A stretch of 64,000 nucleotides of DNA from Cyanophora paradoxa CCMP329 (lineage: Eukaryota; Plantae; Glaucophyta): assembly GCA_004431415.1 (NCBI GenBank), contig QPMI01000673.1:29510-93509 (forward strand). Reading direction: 5' to 3'. Positions 1 through 13,042 of this stretch are shown piece by piece. Within the stretch, counting starts at the first letter, position 1. Every line of letters begins with the position of its first letter. The notes below the pieces were generated by a model, which ran no database searches, had not been told where the DNA came from, and saw nothing but the letters and a program-made list of their open reading frames with translations. The position numbers and the translations under genes are program-made.

Positions 1-482
1 CCGCGGACGCCAACCGCCCGCGTGGGAATTGACAGGCGTATGCATAAGAAAGCCATGCTGCGATCACGGCTGCGTGTGCGATGGGCGCGCGCTAGCGCTG
101 CGATTGCGGGGACGCCGGCGCTGCATGCGCAGCTGCCGCCGGCGCCGCGGCTGCGTCCGCAGCCGGGGCCGCCTCTGAGCTGGAACCCGAGGTCGATGTA
201 CCACTGCCCCATATTCGCTCTGGATCACCCCATTAGCAGTATACGAGCTCCGCTGCTGCCCGCGCACCGCGCGCTGCCCTGAGCTCCGGCGGCTCTACGC
301 CTCCGTTCCACGAAGTGAGGTAGCTGAAGTGCTCTGCGTGCGCCTCTTGGGGCGTTTTCAAGCCTGCAGATGCGCAAATCGATAGCTACAGAGCGGTTGT
401 GGGAGGCCCGCACCGCCCGAGCGCTCGGCAGCAATTGCAAAGAACTGCCGCGCGAGCTCGTCCTGCTCTCTGCCGAACTGTG

Positions 483-1483
483 ATGCCGCCGATGCCATCG
501 AGAGGGGTAGAAGAATCGCAAACGCCATCGATGAGCCCCGGCGCAGCGCTTGCGGAGCCTGATGCGGTGCAGCGCTTCCTCGCATGGCTTTCGAAGCTTC
601 TTGGGCTGGACGTGAGCATCGGTCACGGTGCGCGGCGACGCGGCCGCGCGCTCAGCCCTCGCCGAGCAAGCGCGCCTGCCAACGCAGTTGTGCTGGCGTT
701 CTGCCTCGTCGTGCTGATTATGAGGGCCTGGATACAGGCGTTCGGAGCGTCCCGCTCTGCTGGTGCAGCGTCCTTTCGCGCGACCATGCGACGCTACGGT
801 TCGCTGACGTAGCCCTCTCATCAGATGACGCAAACAAGTACTTGCCCGCCGTCTTCTCGAAATCCGTGCGCTCTCGTGCTGACTAGCGCTGGCGCGCTCC
901 GGATCCCCGGCACCCGCTCTGTGTGCGCGTCGAAGCGGTCTAACTCTGCAGCTCTGTGCCCGAGCAGCACCTGGAGAGCGCGATCCGTGAAGCGAGCGAG
1001 GCGGGGCTGCTCCTCGGCGTCTTCTTCTTCAGCACTCAGTGCGCGCGCTCGCCGTTCGCGCCACCGCCGCGCCGGCCCTGGGCTTGAGCTAGCGCTTCGA
1101 GCTCGCGGGCCGGTGGACGGGCGCCGCGACGGGGCCGACGCGGGGCGGCAGGTGCGAGCACAGCAAGCGGCTGGCGCCGCGGCTGGTGGCGATCGGGAAG
1201 CACGTGCGGGGGGTCGCCTTCCGCAAGGTCGACGCCGACGCGCTGCGGCCCCTCGCCGCCGAGCACAGCGTCGACCGCGTCCCGTGCGCCCCCTCGGCCA
1301 CACCCCGCGGCCTCCACCTCGCCCCTGCGCCCCCGACGGGGCGGGGCGGGGCGGGGCAGGTACGTGCTCTTCTTCCGCGGGGGCAAGGAGGCGGCGCGCC
1401 TCTTCGGGAACGACGAGGACGCCGTGCGCGCCATGGCCAAGCAGCTCCTCGCCGCCGGCGCCGCCGCCAAGAAGGCTTCCTAG
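483..1483 (+). CDS. Membrane-anchored thioredoxin-like protein (CxxS), multi-exon
   Basis: Spliced reading gives a hydrophobic segment (VVLAFCLVVLIMRAW), then LLGVFFFSTQ|CEHSKRLAPRLVAIGKHVRGVAFRKVDAD..VP|YVLFFRGGKEAARLFG, a thioredoxin-fold pattern. Stop TAG 1481-1483; start uncertain. Confidence 0.6.
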
Positions 1484-2361
1484 CGCCCCGCCTCCCCTCG
1501 CCTCCAGTGGCAGCCGCCGCCTGCGGCCGGCTAGCGCTGCAGCTGCAGCTCCGGAGCCCCTGCCCGCTCACGATTAGGCCCCAGCGGCTGCAGCCCGTCC
1601 AGCCTCAGCCCCTTGCCGCCCCCCTACTGTCGTGCCCCGGGCCCCGGCCCACACCCCAAGCGTCTCGCCCGAGCGTCGAGCGTCTCGCCCGGCCACCTCG
1701 TGCGGCTCCCTGCAGCTGGCTTACCCGCTGACGGGTGAAGCGGCGCCACCGCTTCCCAAGTCCACGCCACTGCGCATGCGAGTCTAGATCTGCAAGGCGC
1801 TGGCTCGCGATCGGCGTAAGCAGGGTTCATTGGGTCGCCGCCCAAAAAAATGGAATTCGAAACGTTTTGGTCACCGGGTCCCTGTTTCGGCCCTCCCAAA
1901 CGTTTGCGGCGGCTGAGGCGATCATCGAATGCTAGAGGAAGAATTCGAAGAATCATTGAATGCAGTGACTGCAAGCGCTACTAGGGCTAGCCGCATATGC
2001 ACATGTACATACGCAATTTGCGCGCGCAGGGAGGCCATATGCCATGATGCATGGGCATGCCGCAGTGCGGGGCGGCACCGTGGCACCGCGGCCGCCCGCG
2101 TGAAGGCATTGCCCGCAGATGCAACTGTACGAAGTGACTGCAAGCCGCATCTGCAATTCGCGAGCGCAGGGGGGCCAGATTGCAAGACTTTCCTCACTGG
2201 GCCAGGCCTGTACTAGTAGCTAGGCCAAGGGGGCCAGGCCTATAGCTTCGCGCCTAGGCCGGAACTTTGGAAGTTCTGGGCCGGCGCCGGGGGGCGGGCC
2301 GATCGCGACAGGGCAGGCGGCGCCGGGCGGCATGCGCAGGCCCGGCCCGAGGGACCTGAAG

Positions 2362-4837
2362 CTAGCGGTCGGGGTCCTCCATGGGCGTCTCGTAGCCGCT
2401 CGTCGGGTCGACGGTGTTCTGCTTGCGCTTGACGAGCTGGGTGAGGGAGGGGTTGAAGCCCATCTTGCTCGGGTCGTACTGCACCAGCCTGTTCTTCCTG
2501 CGAGGCGCGCCCTCAGCTCGAGGGGCGCCCCGGGGGCCCGGAGGGCGAGGCTGCGCACTTGTCCATCACCAGGATGCCGGATGACGAGGGGGCGAGCATG
2601 GAGACGTACGCCGCCGCCTTCTTCTCCAGCGTCTCCACGCTGTCCGTCAGCGCCGCCTGCACCCGCACGCTCTGCCCCGCCCCGCCCGTGCGGCGTCAGC
2701 TTTGCGGGGGGTGGCGGGGGGGCGGGGCGGGGGACCTTGGGGACGGCGTGGATGTTGAGGTGGATGAGCAGCTGCCCCAGCAGCACCTGCCGCCCGCTTC
2801 AGGCGCGCCTCGCAGAGGCCTAGGGCCGGCGGGGGCGCGGCGCACCAGGTGCTCCACGATCACCATCACGATCACCTGCCGCCGCCGCCGGGCGCCCGGG
2901 AAATTAAACGGGGGTCGGGGCAGGCGGGGCGGGGGCTGGTGGCCGGGGCCGGGGGCGGGGGACCTTGGCGAGGGTCGGGGAGGCGAAGCCGACGAAGTAC
3001 TCGTTCATCGTGTTCGACACGAAGCACAGGATGAAGGTGTTCGAGATGACGGCGGCGGTGGACATCCCTGCCGCGCCGCGGTCCCAGCGCGCCTCAGAGC
3101 GCCCCCTCCGCACCGCCGCCTGCAGCGCGCGGGGCGGCGCCGGGGCGGGGCGGGGCGGGGCGGACCGAAGAGGACGGTGTTCCAGACGCCGATGCCCTGG
3201 GACATGGTGGGGAAGGGCCGCTGCATGGTGCGCAGGTACTTGAACATGTCGCTGCGGATCTCCACCAGGTTGTTCAGCAGCGCCAGCGCCGAGCTCAGCG
3301 GGAACCCCGCCGCACTGCCCGTCCCCGCGTCACCCCCGCCCCCGCAGCCGGCCTGGCGCAGCGGAGGGGCGGGCGCGGGCGCACAACATGGTGACGTAGC
3401 CAAACTGCAGCATTAGCTCCGCGTAATCTTCAAAAAGATCGGACGGGAAGGAGTTGCGCTTCGCCTCCGCCAGCGTCGCCCCCAGCGCCCGCCGCATGCT
3501 CACCTTCTGCGCCCCCGCTCGCGCGTGGCGGGGCGGGGCGGGGCGGGGCGGCGGGCCTCGTCGCCGAGCTGGAGGTCGTGGCGGATCTCGGCGAGGGCGT
3601 CGCTGAGGCCCAGGCCGCGCGCCTCGGCCTCCCGCTTCTTCTCCTGCACCATCCGCCACTTCTGGAACTTGTGCTTCACGTACGGGATGATGTTCTCCTG
3701 CGCCCCGCCCCGCCCCGCCCCCGCGTCGCCCACGGCCGCGCCGGCGAGGGCCCCGCTGGGCGGGCGGGGCGGGCACCTGGACGTTGCCGAGGAGGACCTG
3801 GAAGACGAAGATGGAGAAGAGCGCGTAGTTCAGGTCTGCCCCCGCCCCGCCCCGCTCCGTGAGCCGCCGCAGGGCCGCTCCCCGGCGCGCGGCGCGTCTG
3901 GCGCGCACCGTACATGCAGTTCTGGCGGCCGGGGGGCGTCAGGCGGGGTGGAGCGGGAGAAGGGCGGGGGGAGGGCGGGGGCGGACGGGGGGCCCGTTGG
4001 GGACGGCGGGGAGGCAGCGCTCGGCGGCGCCGGCGGTGAACTCGAGCTCCCAGGCCTTCACCGTGATGATGAAGATGTACGGCGAGTAGCCCGTCACGAA
4101 CTGGAAGCTGCCGTCCCGCCCCGCCCCCCCGTCGCCGGCAGCGCGAGGGGCGGGCAGGGCGCAGGGGGCCGGGCGGGGCGCACAGGAAGATCTTGCCGAC
4201 GAAGGAGTTGTCCCAGGAGGACTGCTTCCGCCAGTTCTGCCGCTCCGTCAGCCACCGCGCGATCCTGCCCGAAACCCGTCAGCCGCCCGCCTCCCGTGCC
4301 CCCGGCCCGCCGGGGCAGCGGCGGCGGCGCACTTGTTGAAGGCCTGCCGGCGGGTCGGGGCGGGACGGGGCGGGCGGGTCAGTTGAGTGAGGAGTGGGGC
4401 GCCGAAGGGCCTGCGGGCGGACCCAATATCCAAGCTGCGTGAAGGTGGGTTAGTGGGGTACAGTTCTGTAGTGCAGCCACAGCATATACCTGGGTGAAGA
4501 TGGTGATCGAGGGGCCGACGATGATGCCCGAGACGAGGGTCCCGTACGTGTGGTTCAGCTGCGGCGGCGTGGCGTCAGGCAGCGGGAGCGCGGGGGCGGG
4601 GCGTGGGGGCGGGCGACGGGCGGACGAAGGCGCGCAGGCCGAGGAGGGCAAAGATGGTGACTGCCCGACCAGCCGCGATCAACAGAGCGCTCGCGGGAGG
4701 GCCGCCATGCGAGGGCGCCGACGGCACCGCAGACGAAGACGATGCAGACGATGGTGACGACGACGGAGAGCACGCGCTCGTGGTGCCGCGGATTGTCGTG
4801 CTTCCGCCTGCCGCCGCTCTCGGCCCCCGCCCGGGCG

Positions 4838-4872
<35 letters not shown>

Positions 4873-6776
4873 GGAGGCCGCACCGGACGTACTGCTCCTG
4901 GAACTCGCGGGGGAACTTGTTGAACCAGGCCTGCCGCCGGCGAGCTCAGCGGCGCTCGGAGGCGGCGGGGCGGCGGCGTCGCGCCTGGAAGAAGCGGGGC
5001 GGCAGGTTCTCCTCGAACCCCACCCACGTCGTCTCGTCCGCGAAGCAGCCGGCGTCCAGCTTGTCCGCCCCCGCCCCCGTGCCTGCCCCCCGTCAGGCCG
5101 GCGGGGGCGGGCGGGGCTGGCGGAGCGGGGCGGGGCGCGCTGATGTAGTTGGGGCGGTCGCGCTCCTTGCTGTCGATGTCGCGCATGCCCCACTCGAAGC
5201 GGCAGCGCGCCTCCACCCGCGTCCCTGCCCCCACGTCGGGGCGGGCTGGGGCGGGGCGAGCGAGGGGGCGGGGCGGGCGGGGCGGACAGTAGACGGAGAA
5301 CAGTGCTGCGGCGCAGGCGACCAGTATACAAAAGGGGGCGGTCACCCAGCTGTCGTACGACGGCGGCTCGATGGAGGTCACCATCTGCGGCGCCCCTCAG
5401 AGCTCGGCGCCGCCCGAGGCGGGGCGGGGCCGGGGGCGGGCGGGCCTTGGTCGCGGGGTCGCGGACGAGGACGGGGGGTGCCCGGTCCGTGTACTGGAAG
5501 GCGGCGGTTGCGATTCTGCTGGACGGTGGGGGGGAGACCCGGGGCGGTGGCGGCTGCGAGAGTACCCGAGGAGGGCCATGATGGCGAGCCAGCGCGTGTA
5601 GGTGTCCAGAAAGGTGAAGTAGAATCCGACCTAGCGCCGCGCCCCGCGTGAGCAGCGCCGCGAGGCGGCCTGGGCCCGGGCCGAGGCGGCGCGCCTGCTC
5701 GCCCAGGTAGTTCCGGCACTCGTCGATCGGCATCGCCGCGAGCGGATTCCACCGCCTGTCCCGCGCCCCGGCTCGGCGGCGGGCGGCGGCGGGGCGGCGG
5801 GGCGCAGGCGGGCGGGCGCACCAGCCGAACCACTTCTTCGCGAGGCTCTCCAGGGCGCCCTCGTCGTGCAGCTGCGCCCCCGCCTCGCAGGCGCCCGCGG
5901 CCGCGCCGACGGCCGGGCCCGGGCCCGGCGCGCGCAGTGCGGACCGGGAAGTACTGCAGCACGACACCGGACTCGATCAGGTCCGAGAAGACGATCTCCG
6001 CTGCGCCCCGGCGGCAACCGGCCGGCCAGGTCGGCGGGGCGCGGGGGCGCGGGGCGGGGCGGGGGCACCGCAGCCCTTGATTTTGGGGCCCTCGAGGAGG
6101 TACTGGAGGATGCGGATGCGGTTCGTGCTGTCGAAGAACGACGGGCCGCTCGCCCGGAGGAAGCTGCTCGCCTGGTCCTTGCGGAACGGCCGCACGCAGC
6201 GGAAGACCGCCGCCCGGTCCCGCGGGTCCGCCGCGTGGTCCATCTTCATCGGCTGCGCGCGGGGCCCGTCAGGCGCCCCGAAGCGCGGAGAAGGGAGGCG
6301 CGGCGACCAGCTGCATCAGCTCGGCGGCGTTCATGAGCACGTCGTCATTTCCGCCGATCTTGATGTAGTACTCGCCGCCGCCCGCTTGGGTCGTTACCTT
6401 GCGGACGTAGAGGCCCATCGCGCGGATGAGCTGGACGAGCTCCCTCCGCTTCAAAATGTTGTTCCTGACCTTGGTGCGCTGCGCAAGCGTCGGGAGGAGC
6501 GCTATGGAATATGCATCTAAGCTCGAACCTCGTCGACGTCGCCGTCGAAGAATCCGCGCGCGCGAGCCTTTGGCTGCTGGCTGCGCAACTCAGCCTCCAC
6601 CTCCTCGTACAGTGGCCCGTAAGGGAACTGGATGACCTGTAAAAGTCCGATTAGCTAAAGGCTCATCGACGGCGCTGGTGCGAGTTAACGACTGCTCGAC
6701 ACAACAGTTTTCGCACCACATCCAGTGGTGGATGACCCAGGTCGCGACTCCGCGCCGGAGCCGCCAGCGCCGCCAT
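2362..6776 (-). CDS. Anoctamin/TMEM16 family Ca-activated channel/scramblase, many introns
   Basis: Motifs across exons: MPIDECRNYLGEQ, DYAELMLQFGYVT, FPLSSALALLNNLVEIRSDMFKYL..QRP...GIGVW, AAVISNTFILCF. First exon MAALAAPARSRDLGHPPLDV inferred. Confidence 0.9.
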
Positions 6777-6967
6777 TTCGTTTAGTACCCCTCCGATGGG
6801 GGTACGGGGGCTTCCGCGCTGTCGGAGCTCTTGTCCCCGTGTCCCTGCGGTCTAGAAGTTTCGCCAGCTTCGTCAGCATCGAGAGCGCGACTGCATGCGT
6901 GCACGGCCTGAGTAGCACAACGAGCTAGCGCGGCGGGCCGCCGCCGAACGCTTGCCTGATAGTTGCG

Positions 6968-9619
6968 ATGTTCGACCACCGATGGCAAAAGCGAGTAAAA
7001 CTCTTCCTGCGACAGCGGCGGCGCACCTTGACTCTGGTTGGAGTGATTCTCATACTGGCCGTGGCGTTCAACTATACGCGCACAGGAAAGACGCAGAAGA
7101 TGCCAAGCCTTACTCTCGTCGAGGACACGGCTGCTGTCTCCAACGCTGGCAGCACCGGAGCGCTTTCGAGCGGCAAGCCTGAGGCTGCGAAGGAAGCAGC
7201 TCCCCAGATCCGCCCCGCGACGCGGGCTGCCGAGCCCGCGAGTCCGGCTTCCGCTAAGCCGCCGACGCCGGTTGAGCCGGCCCTCAAGCCCGCCCCGCCC
7301 AAAGCCGCGCCCGCCGCGCCCGCGGCTCCTCCGAAGCCCGCGGCGGCCGCCAACGAAGCGCCGGCGACCGGCAACCCGGCCGCTGTTAAGCCAGCGGCGA
7401 CGGCGGCCCCTGAGGCGGAAAAGCCGAAGCCCCATCCGATGGATACCTCCGGGCAGAACATCGGGTCGGGCCTGCCGAAGGGCCCCTGGCAGTTCCCCCC
7501 CGTCGGCGCCGACGCGAAGCGCCTGGAGGCCGTCCGCAACGTGCGCTGTCCCTGCTCGCTTTGCTCCCTCCGCCCCGCGGTATGCCCGACTCTGGCGGCG
7601 CAGGGCTTCGTGCACGCGTGGCGGGGGTACGAGAAGCACGCGTGGGGCCGCGACGAGGTCCGCCCCGTGAGCAAGTCGTGCGTGCCCGTGCTGGGCCGGC
7701 GCGGGGCGGGGGCGGGGGCGGGGGGTGAGGCGGGGGCGGGGGACCAGGGGCGGGGACCCGTTCGGGGGCATGGGGGCGACGATCGTGGACAGCCTGGACG
7801 TGCTCTGGCTCATGGGCCTCCGCGACGAGTTCAACCGCTCCCGCGACTGGGTCCGCGACCACCTCCGCTTTGACAACAAGGCCCGCCCGCCCCGCACCGC
7901 ACGGCCCCCGCCCCGCCCCCCCGCCCCCTCGCCGCGCGAGCCCTCGCGGCTGCAGGGGGACGTGAGCGTGTTCGAGACGACGATCCGGGTGCTGGGCGGG
8001 CTCATGTCCGCCCACGACCTCTCCGGCGACCCCGTCTTCCTCGACAAGGCCAAGCAGGCCCGCCCCGCCCCCGCCCCGCCCGCCCCGCCCCCGCCCCCTC
8101 CTCTCACCGCCCCGCAGCTGGCCGACCGCCTGCTGCCGGCGTTCCGCACGCCGTCGGGCCTGCCGCAGGCGACCGTCTCGCTCTCGAGCGGGCGGGCGCA
8201 CAACCCCGGCTGGGCCGGCGGCATGAACTGCCTCGCCGAGATCGCCACCCTGCAGGTCGCCGCCGGCCGCCGCGGCTCAGGTGCCTGGGGCGGCTCGCTG
8301 AGAGCGGGCGGGGCGGGCGCGCAGCTGGAGTTCACGCAGGTCTCGCACAACAGCGGGGACCCCAAGTACGCCAAGGCGGTGCGCGCCGGCGCCGCCGGCT
8401 CGCCCCGGGGCCGGCGCGTCTCCCCGGCCTCACTCGCCGCCGCGCAGGCGCAAGCGGTGATCGAGGCGATGGACAAGATGAACCCGCCGCACGGGCTCTT
8501 CGCGACGAACGTGGACACCGGCGCCGGCCGCTTCGTCGGCGAGTCCGTCACCTTCGGCGCCCGCGGCGACTCCGGCTTCGAGTACTTCGCCAAGATGTGA
8601 GCGCCCCGTCCGGGGCCCGCAAGCGCACTCCCCCCTGCTTACGCTGACGGCGGCTGGAGGTGGGTGCTGCTGGGGAAGGGTGAGGAGGCGGCGATGTACC
8701 GGCGGCTATACGACAAGGTGGGCGAGCCGCGGCCCGCCCCGTGCGAGCCAATCTTGACGTGCAAGTCAGGCCATGGACGGCGTCGTTTCCAAGCTCCTCC
8801 AACGCTCGACGCCGGGCGGGCTCCTCTACATCGCGGAGATGGAGGGGTACCGGAATCTGCGGCACAAGATGGACCACCTCGCCTGCTTCGCGCCGGCGAT
8901 GCTGGCGCTGGGGGCCCAGGGCGCGCCGCCCAACCGGACGGCGGCTGCCGAGCTGCACATGCTGGCGGCGCGGGAGCTGATGGTGACGTGCGTGGAGATG
9001 TACCGGCGGCAGCCGACGGGCCTCGCCCCCGAGCTCGTCCACTTCCGCGCCGGCAGCGACTTCACCACCGACTCGTGGCACAACCTCCTCCGCCCCGGTC
9101 CCCCCCCGCCCCTCCTCCCTCCGCCCCTCCCCGCCCGGGGCGCCGGGCCTGAAGCGGTGGGCGGCCAGAGACGGTGGAGTCGCTCTTCTACCTGTGGCGG
9201 TACACGCATGACCCGCAGTACCGGGAGTGGGGCTGGGAGATCTTCCAGGCCTTCGAGAAGCACGCGCGGACGGAGGTCGCCTACTCGGGGATCCGGGACG
9301 TGCGGAAGATCCCGCCGGCGTTGGACGACCGCATGGAGTCCTTCTTCATGGCCGAGACCATGAAGGTCAGCCCTTGCTGATCCCGCCCTCGCTCCGCATC
9401 TGATTCCAAGCAGTACCTCTACCTCCTCTTCTGCGACGACGACGTGCGCCCCCGGCCCCCGCCTCCACCCCCCCCTCCCTGCCGGGCCCCTCATCGCTCG
9501 ACCCCCAGGTCATCCCGCTCGACGAGTACGTCTTCAATACGGAGGCTCATCCGCTCAGGGTCCACCGGAAGCCGGCGGCCCCCGCCCCCGCCCCCGCCCC
9601 CGACGCCGAGGAAGAGTAA
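6968..9619 (+). CDS. Class I alpha-1,2-mannosidase (GH47), type II membrane protein
   Basis: N-terminal TM plus Pro/Ala stalk, then [75 protein letters not shown]. Confidence 0.95.
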
Positions 9620-9694
9620 CGCTCGAGCGGTCCTGTTTCAAGTGCCCTTTTAGATAACTGTTCGTTATAGTTACGTAATACGCTTTTGATATCT

Positions 9695-12371
9695 CTACGA
9701 GGCCTCGGGCTCGGCCTCCTCGAGGGGCGCCCCGCCCCCCTCGTCGTCGCTGGCGTCGGCGGCGCAGGCGGCTGGCCGGGCGGCGGCGGCCTGGGCGGCG
9801 CGCAGCTCGGGGCCGGCGAGGCCGTGGACCTTCTTCAGGTGCCGCACGAAGTTGTCGCGCGTCGCGAGGAGGGCGTAGCAGCGGGGGAAGCCGGGCCGGT
9901 TCCACGCCCAGCGGCGGGCCGGCCCCGAGCAGGGCTCGTGGGCGCCCTCGCCGGGGGCCTCGTGGGGGCGGACGGGGCACATGAAGTAGGGGGCGGTGGC
10001 GGCGTGGAGCTTGGAGGCGGCGTGGACCCTCAGGCCGTGCGCGGTGAAGCAGCCGTAGCCGCACGCGAGCTTGCCGGCCACGCCGACGACGCGCACGGGC
10101 TCCTCGCAGACGAGGGGGAAGCGCCCCGCGCCGTGCTCGCCCAGCTCGTGCCGCGCCAGCTCGTCCCGCCCCGCGAAGCCCGCCCCGCACACGCCGCAGC
10201 GCCGCGAGAGCTCCCCGCCGCTCCGCTCCGCCTCCTCCACCAGCTCGGGGTGCGCCTCCAGCAGGTGCCGCCGCAGCCGCTGCGTGCTCGTCTGCGCGAA
10301 GGTGCGGGGGCAGCCCGGGGCCGGGCAGCGGCGCGCCCCCTCCTCCGTCTTCTCGACGTGCACGAATTCGGAGAGGCGCCGCCGCCGCCGCGCGGCGGCC
10401 GCCTCGGCCTCGGCGTCCGAGGGGCGGGCGCGCGGGCGGATGCCGAGCGAGGCCGCCAGCGCCTCGTGGCGGGCCCCGATGTGCCGCGTCAGGTTCTCCC
10501 CCCGCACGTACTCCGCCCGCACCCCCCCTCCGGGCACCGGTAGGGCGGGCCCTCGAACCGCGGGCCCGCGCTGTGCGCGTACTGCCGGTGCCTGCAGAGA
10601 CCCCCTGCACGCCGCCCGTTACTGAACGGAGCAGGGGGCGGCGCGGGGTGGGCGGCGCACGCTCGGTGGCGAACTGGCGCCCGCACGCCGAGCCGTCCGC
10701 GAGGGCCGCCTCGCAGCGGAACAACGTGGCGGCCGCAGGCTCGGCCTCCCCGGCTTCGGCGCCGGCGCTCGCCTCGCCGGCGCTCGCCCGCCGGCGTTGG
10801 AGCGGCTGTGCGCGTGCGCGAAGTGCGCCCGCATCTGGTCGTAGCTGGCGAAGCGGCGGGGGCAGCGCGGGCCGGGCACGCCTCGGGCACCACGCCGGCC
10901 GGCCAGCGGTCGTGCTTCTCGCCCAGGTGCCTCGCCCGCGCGCCTGCCGGCCCTTCAGAGGCCTGCACGCCGGCGCGCCGGCGCGGGGCGCGGCTCACGC
11001 TCGTTGGCGAAGACCTCCTGGCAGCCCGGGTGCGAGCACGGGAGTGCGGTCCGAAGCGGCGGCAGCGGTGGCGCTCGTCCTCGGCCGGCGGAGCGGCTGC
11101 GGGGGCGGGGGCGGTGGGCGGGGGCGGTGGGCGGGGGTGGGGGCGGCGGACCGGGAGGCGACGTGGTCCCGCTTGAGGTGCCGGTGGAGGTCCGCGAACT
11201 TGCCGAAGCGCTCCCCGCAGGCCCCCGCCCACTGGGGCGAGCCGTGCGCCCAGGGCAGGCACGCGGGGGGCCGGCTGTGGTCGCATGGGATCCACTTGGG
11301 CTTGACGGCGCGCATGAAGGGCGGCTCGGGCACCGCGTCCTGCCCGTGCTCCCGGATCGCCGCCGCCGACTTGCCCGCCGCCCTGCCCCCCCCGGAGTCG
11401 ACCTCGGGCTCGCGCCGGGGCGGGGCGGGGGCGGGGCGGGGCGGGGCGCGCACTTCCAGGGGGAGCGGGTGCGGCGGGCGCTGCTCTCGACGTGCTGGCG
11501 GGCGCCGGCGACGCGGGCGCCGTAGAGCTCCTTCCAGCGGTGCCCCGTGTGGCCCTCCTTCTTCGCCCCGCCCCGCGCGCAGCACCACACCAGCCCGAAG
11601 CGCGCCGCGTAGAGCTGCATCCAGAGCCGCGGCTCCGACGCCGCCGCCCGCCAGTAGCGCGAGGTCTGGCGCCGGCTCGGCGGCGGAGCGGGGCGCGGGG
11701 AGCGGTGCGGGCGGGGCGGGGCGGACCATGGAGAGGGCGGCGAGGTCGGTGGGGCCGAGGCAGTCCAGAACCATCCGCTGGAGCTCGTCGGGGAGCGCCC
11801 AGAGCGCCCCCGCGCTCTCCGCCTGCTCCTCCCCGTCCCACTCCTGCGCAAGAGCCTCCTCCTCCACCTCCGCGTGCGCGTGCTCGAGCTGCTCCGGCTC
11901 CTCGCCGTGATCGCGGGCCTCGTGGCGCCGCCTCGGGGCCGCCTCCCCCTGGCACCTCCGCGCCCGCTTCGGCGGCGACGCTGCGCCAGCTTTCCGCCTC
12001 CGCGGCGCCCGCTTCGGGCCGCGTGCTTCCTCCTCAATCTTGCTCTCGCTCCCGCTCCCCTCGCTCTCGGAGCTTTCCTTGTACTCGGATCCCTCTTCTT
12101 CGGACGCCGGCGCGACGTCCGTTGCCGCGATGACCGCCTCCGCAGCCGCGCGCATCTTCGATGAGCCTGTACGAGCCGTCAGCCACCATGCTAGCTGCAG
12201 GCGCGGCGCAATCGCGCCGCACATATTGGCATTTGAAGTTGGGCCTTCGCCGATTGAACCACCGCCTCCCGCTCGCCCAAGGAGCCGATTACGGACAGAA
12301 GGTGGCAAAAAGCCGTAGAAACCTTGCCCCCGCTGCTCGTCGCAACGCCCCAAGCCTGCTCTCGTAGGCAT
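9695..12371 (-). CDS. F-box plus multiple C2H2 zinc-finger protein
   Basis: LWALPDELQRMVLDCLGPTDLAALSMV (F-box) and repeated C-x2-4-C...F...L..H...H units (CGERFGKFADLHRHLKRDH, CPAPGCPRTF..LRRHLLEAH, CGVCGAGFAGRDELARHELGEH). Start uncertain. Confidence 0.75.
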
Positions 12372-13042
12372 AGGCTCAGGAGCTGCTCGTCTACACCGGC
12401 GCGATCGAGCGACCAGGCGGATCGAGCGAGCGCCCGAATCCACGCAGCTGCTTCAGCTTCCGCGTCTGCGTCGCCCGCAGCCGCACCCTCCAGCGCGGAA
12501 CGGAAGGCTGCATAGAGGCGGTTTAAGGACGCGCTCCCCTGCGCGTAGCGGCGTCAGAAGCTTGTCGGAAAACCACGCAGCGAGGCTCGAGAGACCGCAG
12601 GAGCGCACTTTTGGGCTGCTGATCGCCTCGCGGACGAGGCGGAGTAGCATTCTCCGCGCGGGCGGCGCTGGCCGCCGCGGCTGAAACCCTGCAACTTCGC
12701 AAGCTTCGACACGCGTCTATGGTGCCTGCTGGCGCAACTTTTGCCGCAAATTTTTTTGCACCGTCCCCGGGTACAAGCACAAGAAGCAGCCGGCAGTTGC
12801 GGCGCAGCCTCGCGACCTTATCATTCCCGAGCTCTAGCTATATAGCTTCTCCAGCCCGGGAGGATCGCCGAGCCCCCCCGCCGCGGCGATCCGGATAAAC
12901 CGGTTCCGTCTGCGCATTGGTTGCACGGGCAGGAGGAGGTCTCGCGTCCGACGGTAGGCGGTTATCTAGCGTGTCGCCTCCATTTAGAAACGCGGAATCA
13001 ACCTGTCCGACTACTTGAGGGGCCAGGGGCTCCTAGCCGGCG

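Noticed and set aside
4843-4871. Long G or C homopolymers (also near 15600 and 21240)
   Set aside because: Intronic low-complexity runs of unreliable length; no distinct function supportable.
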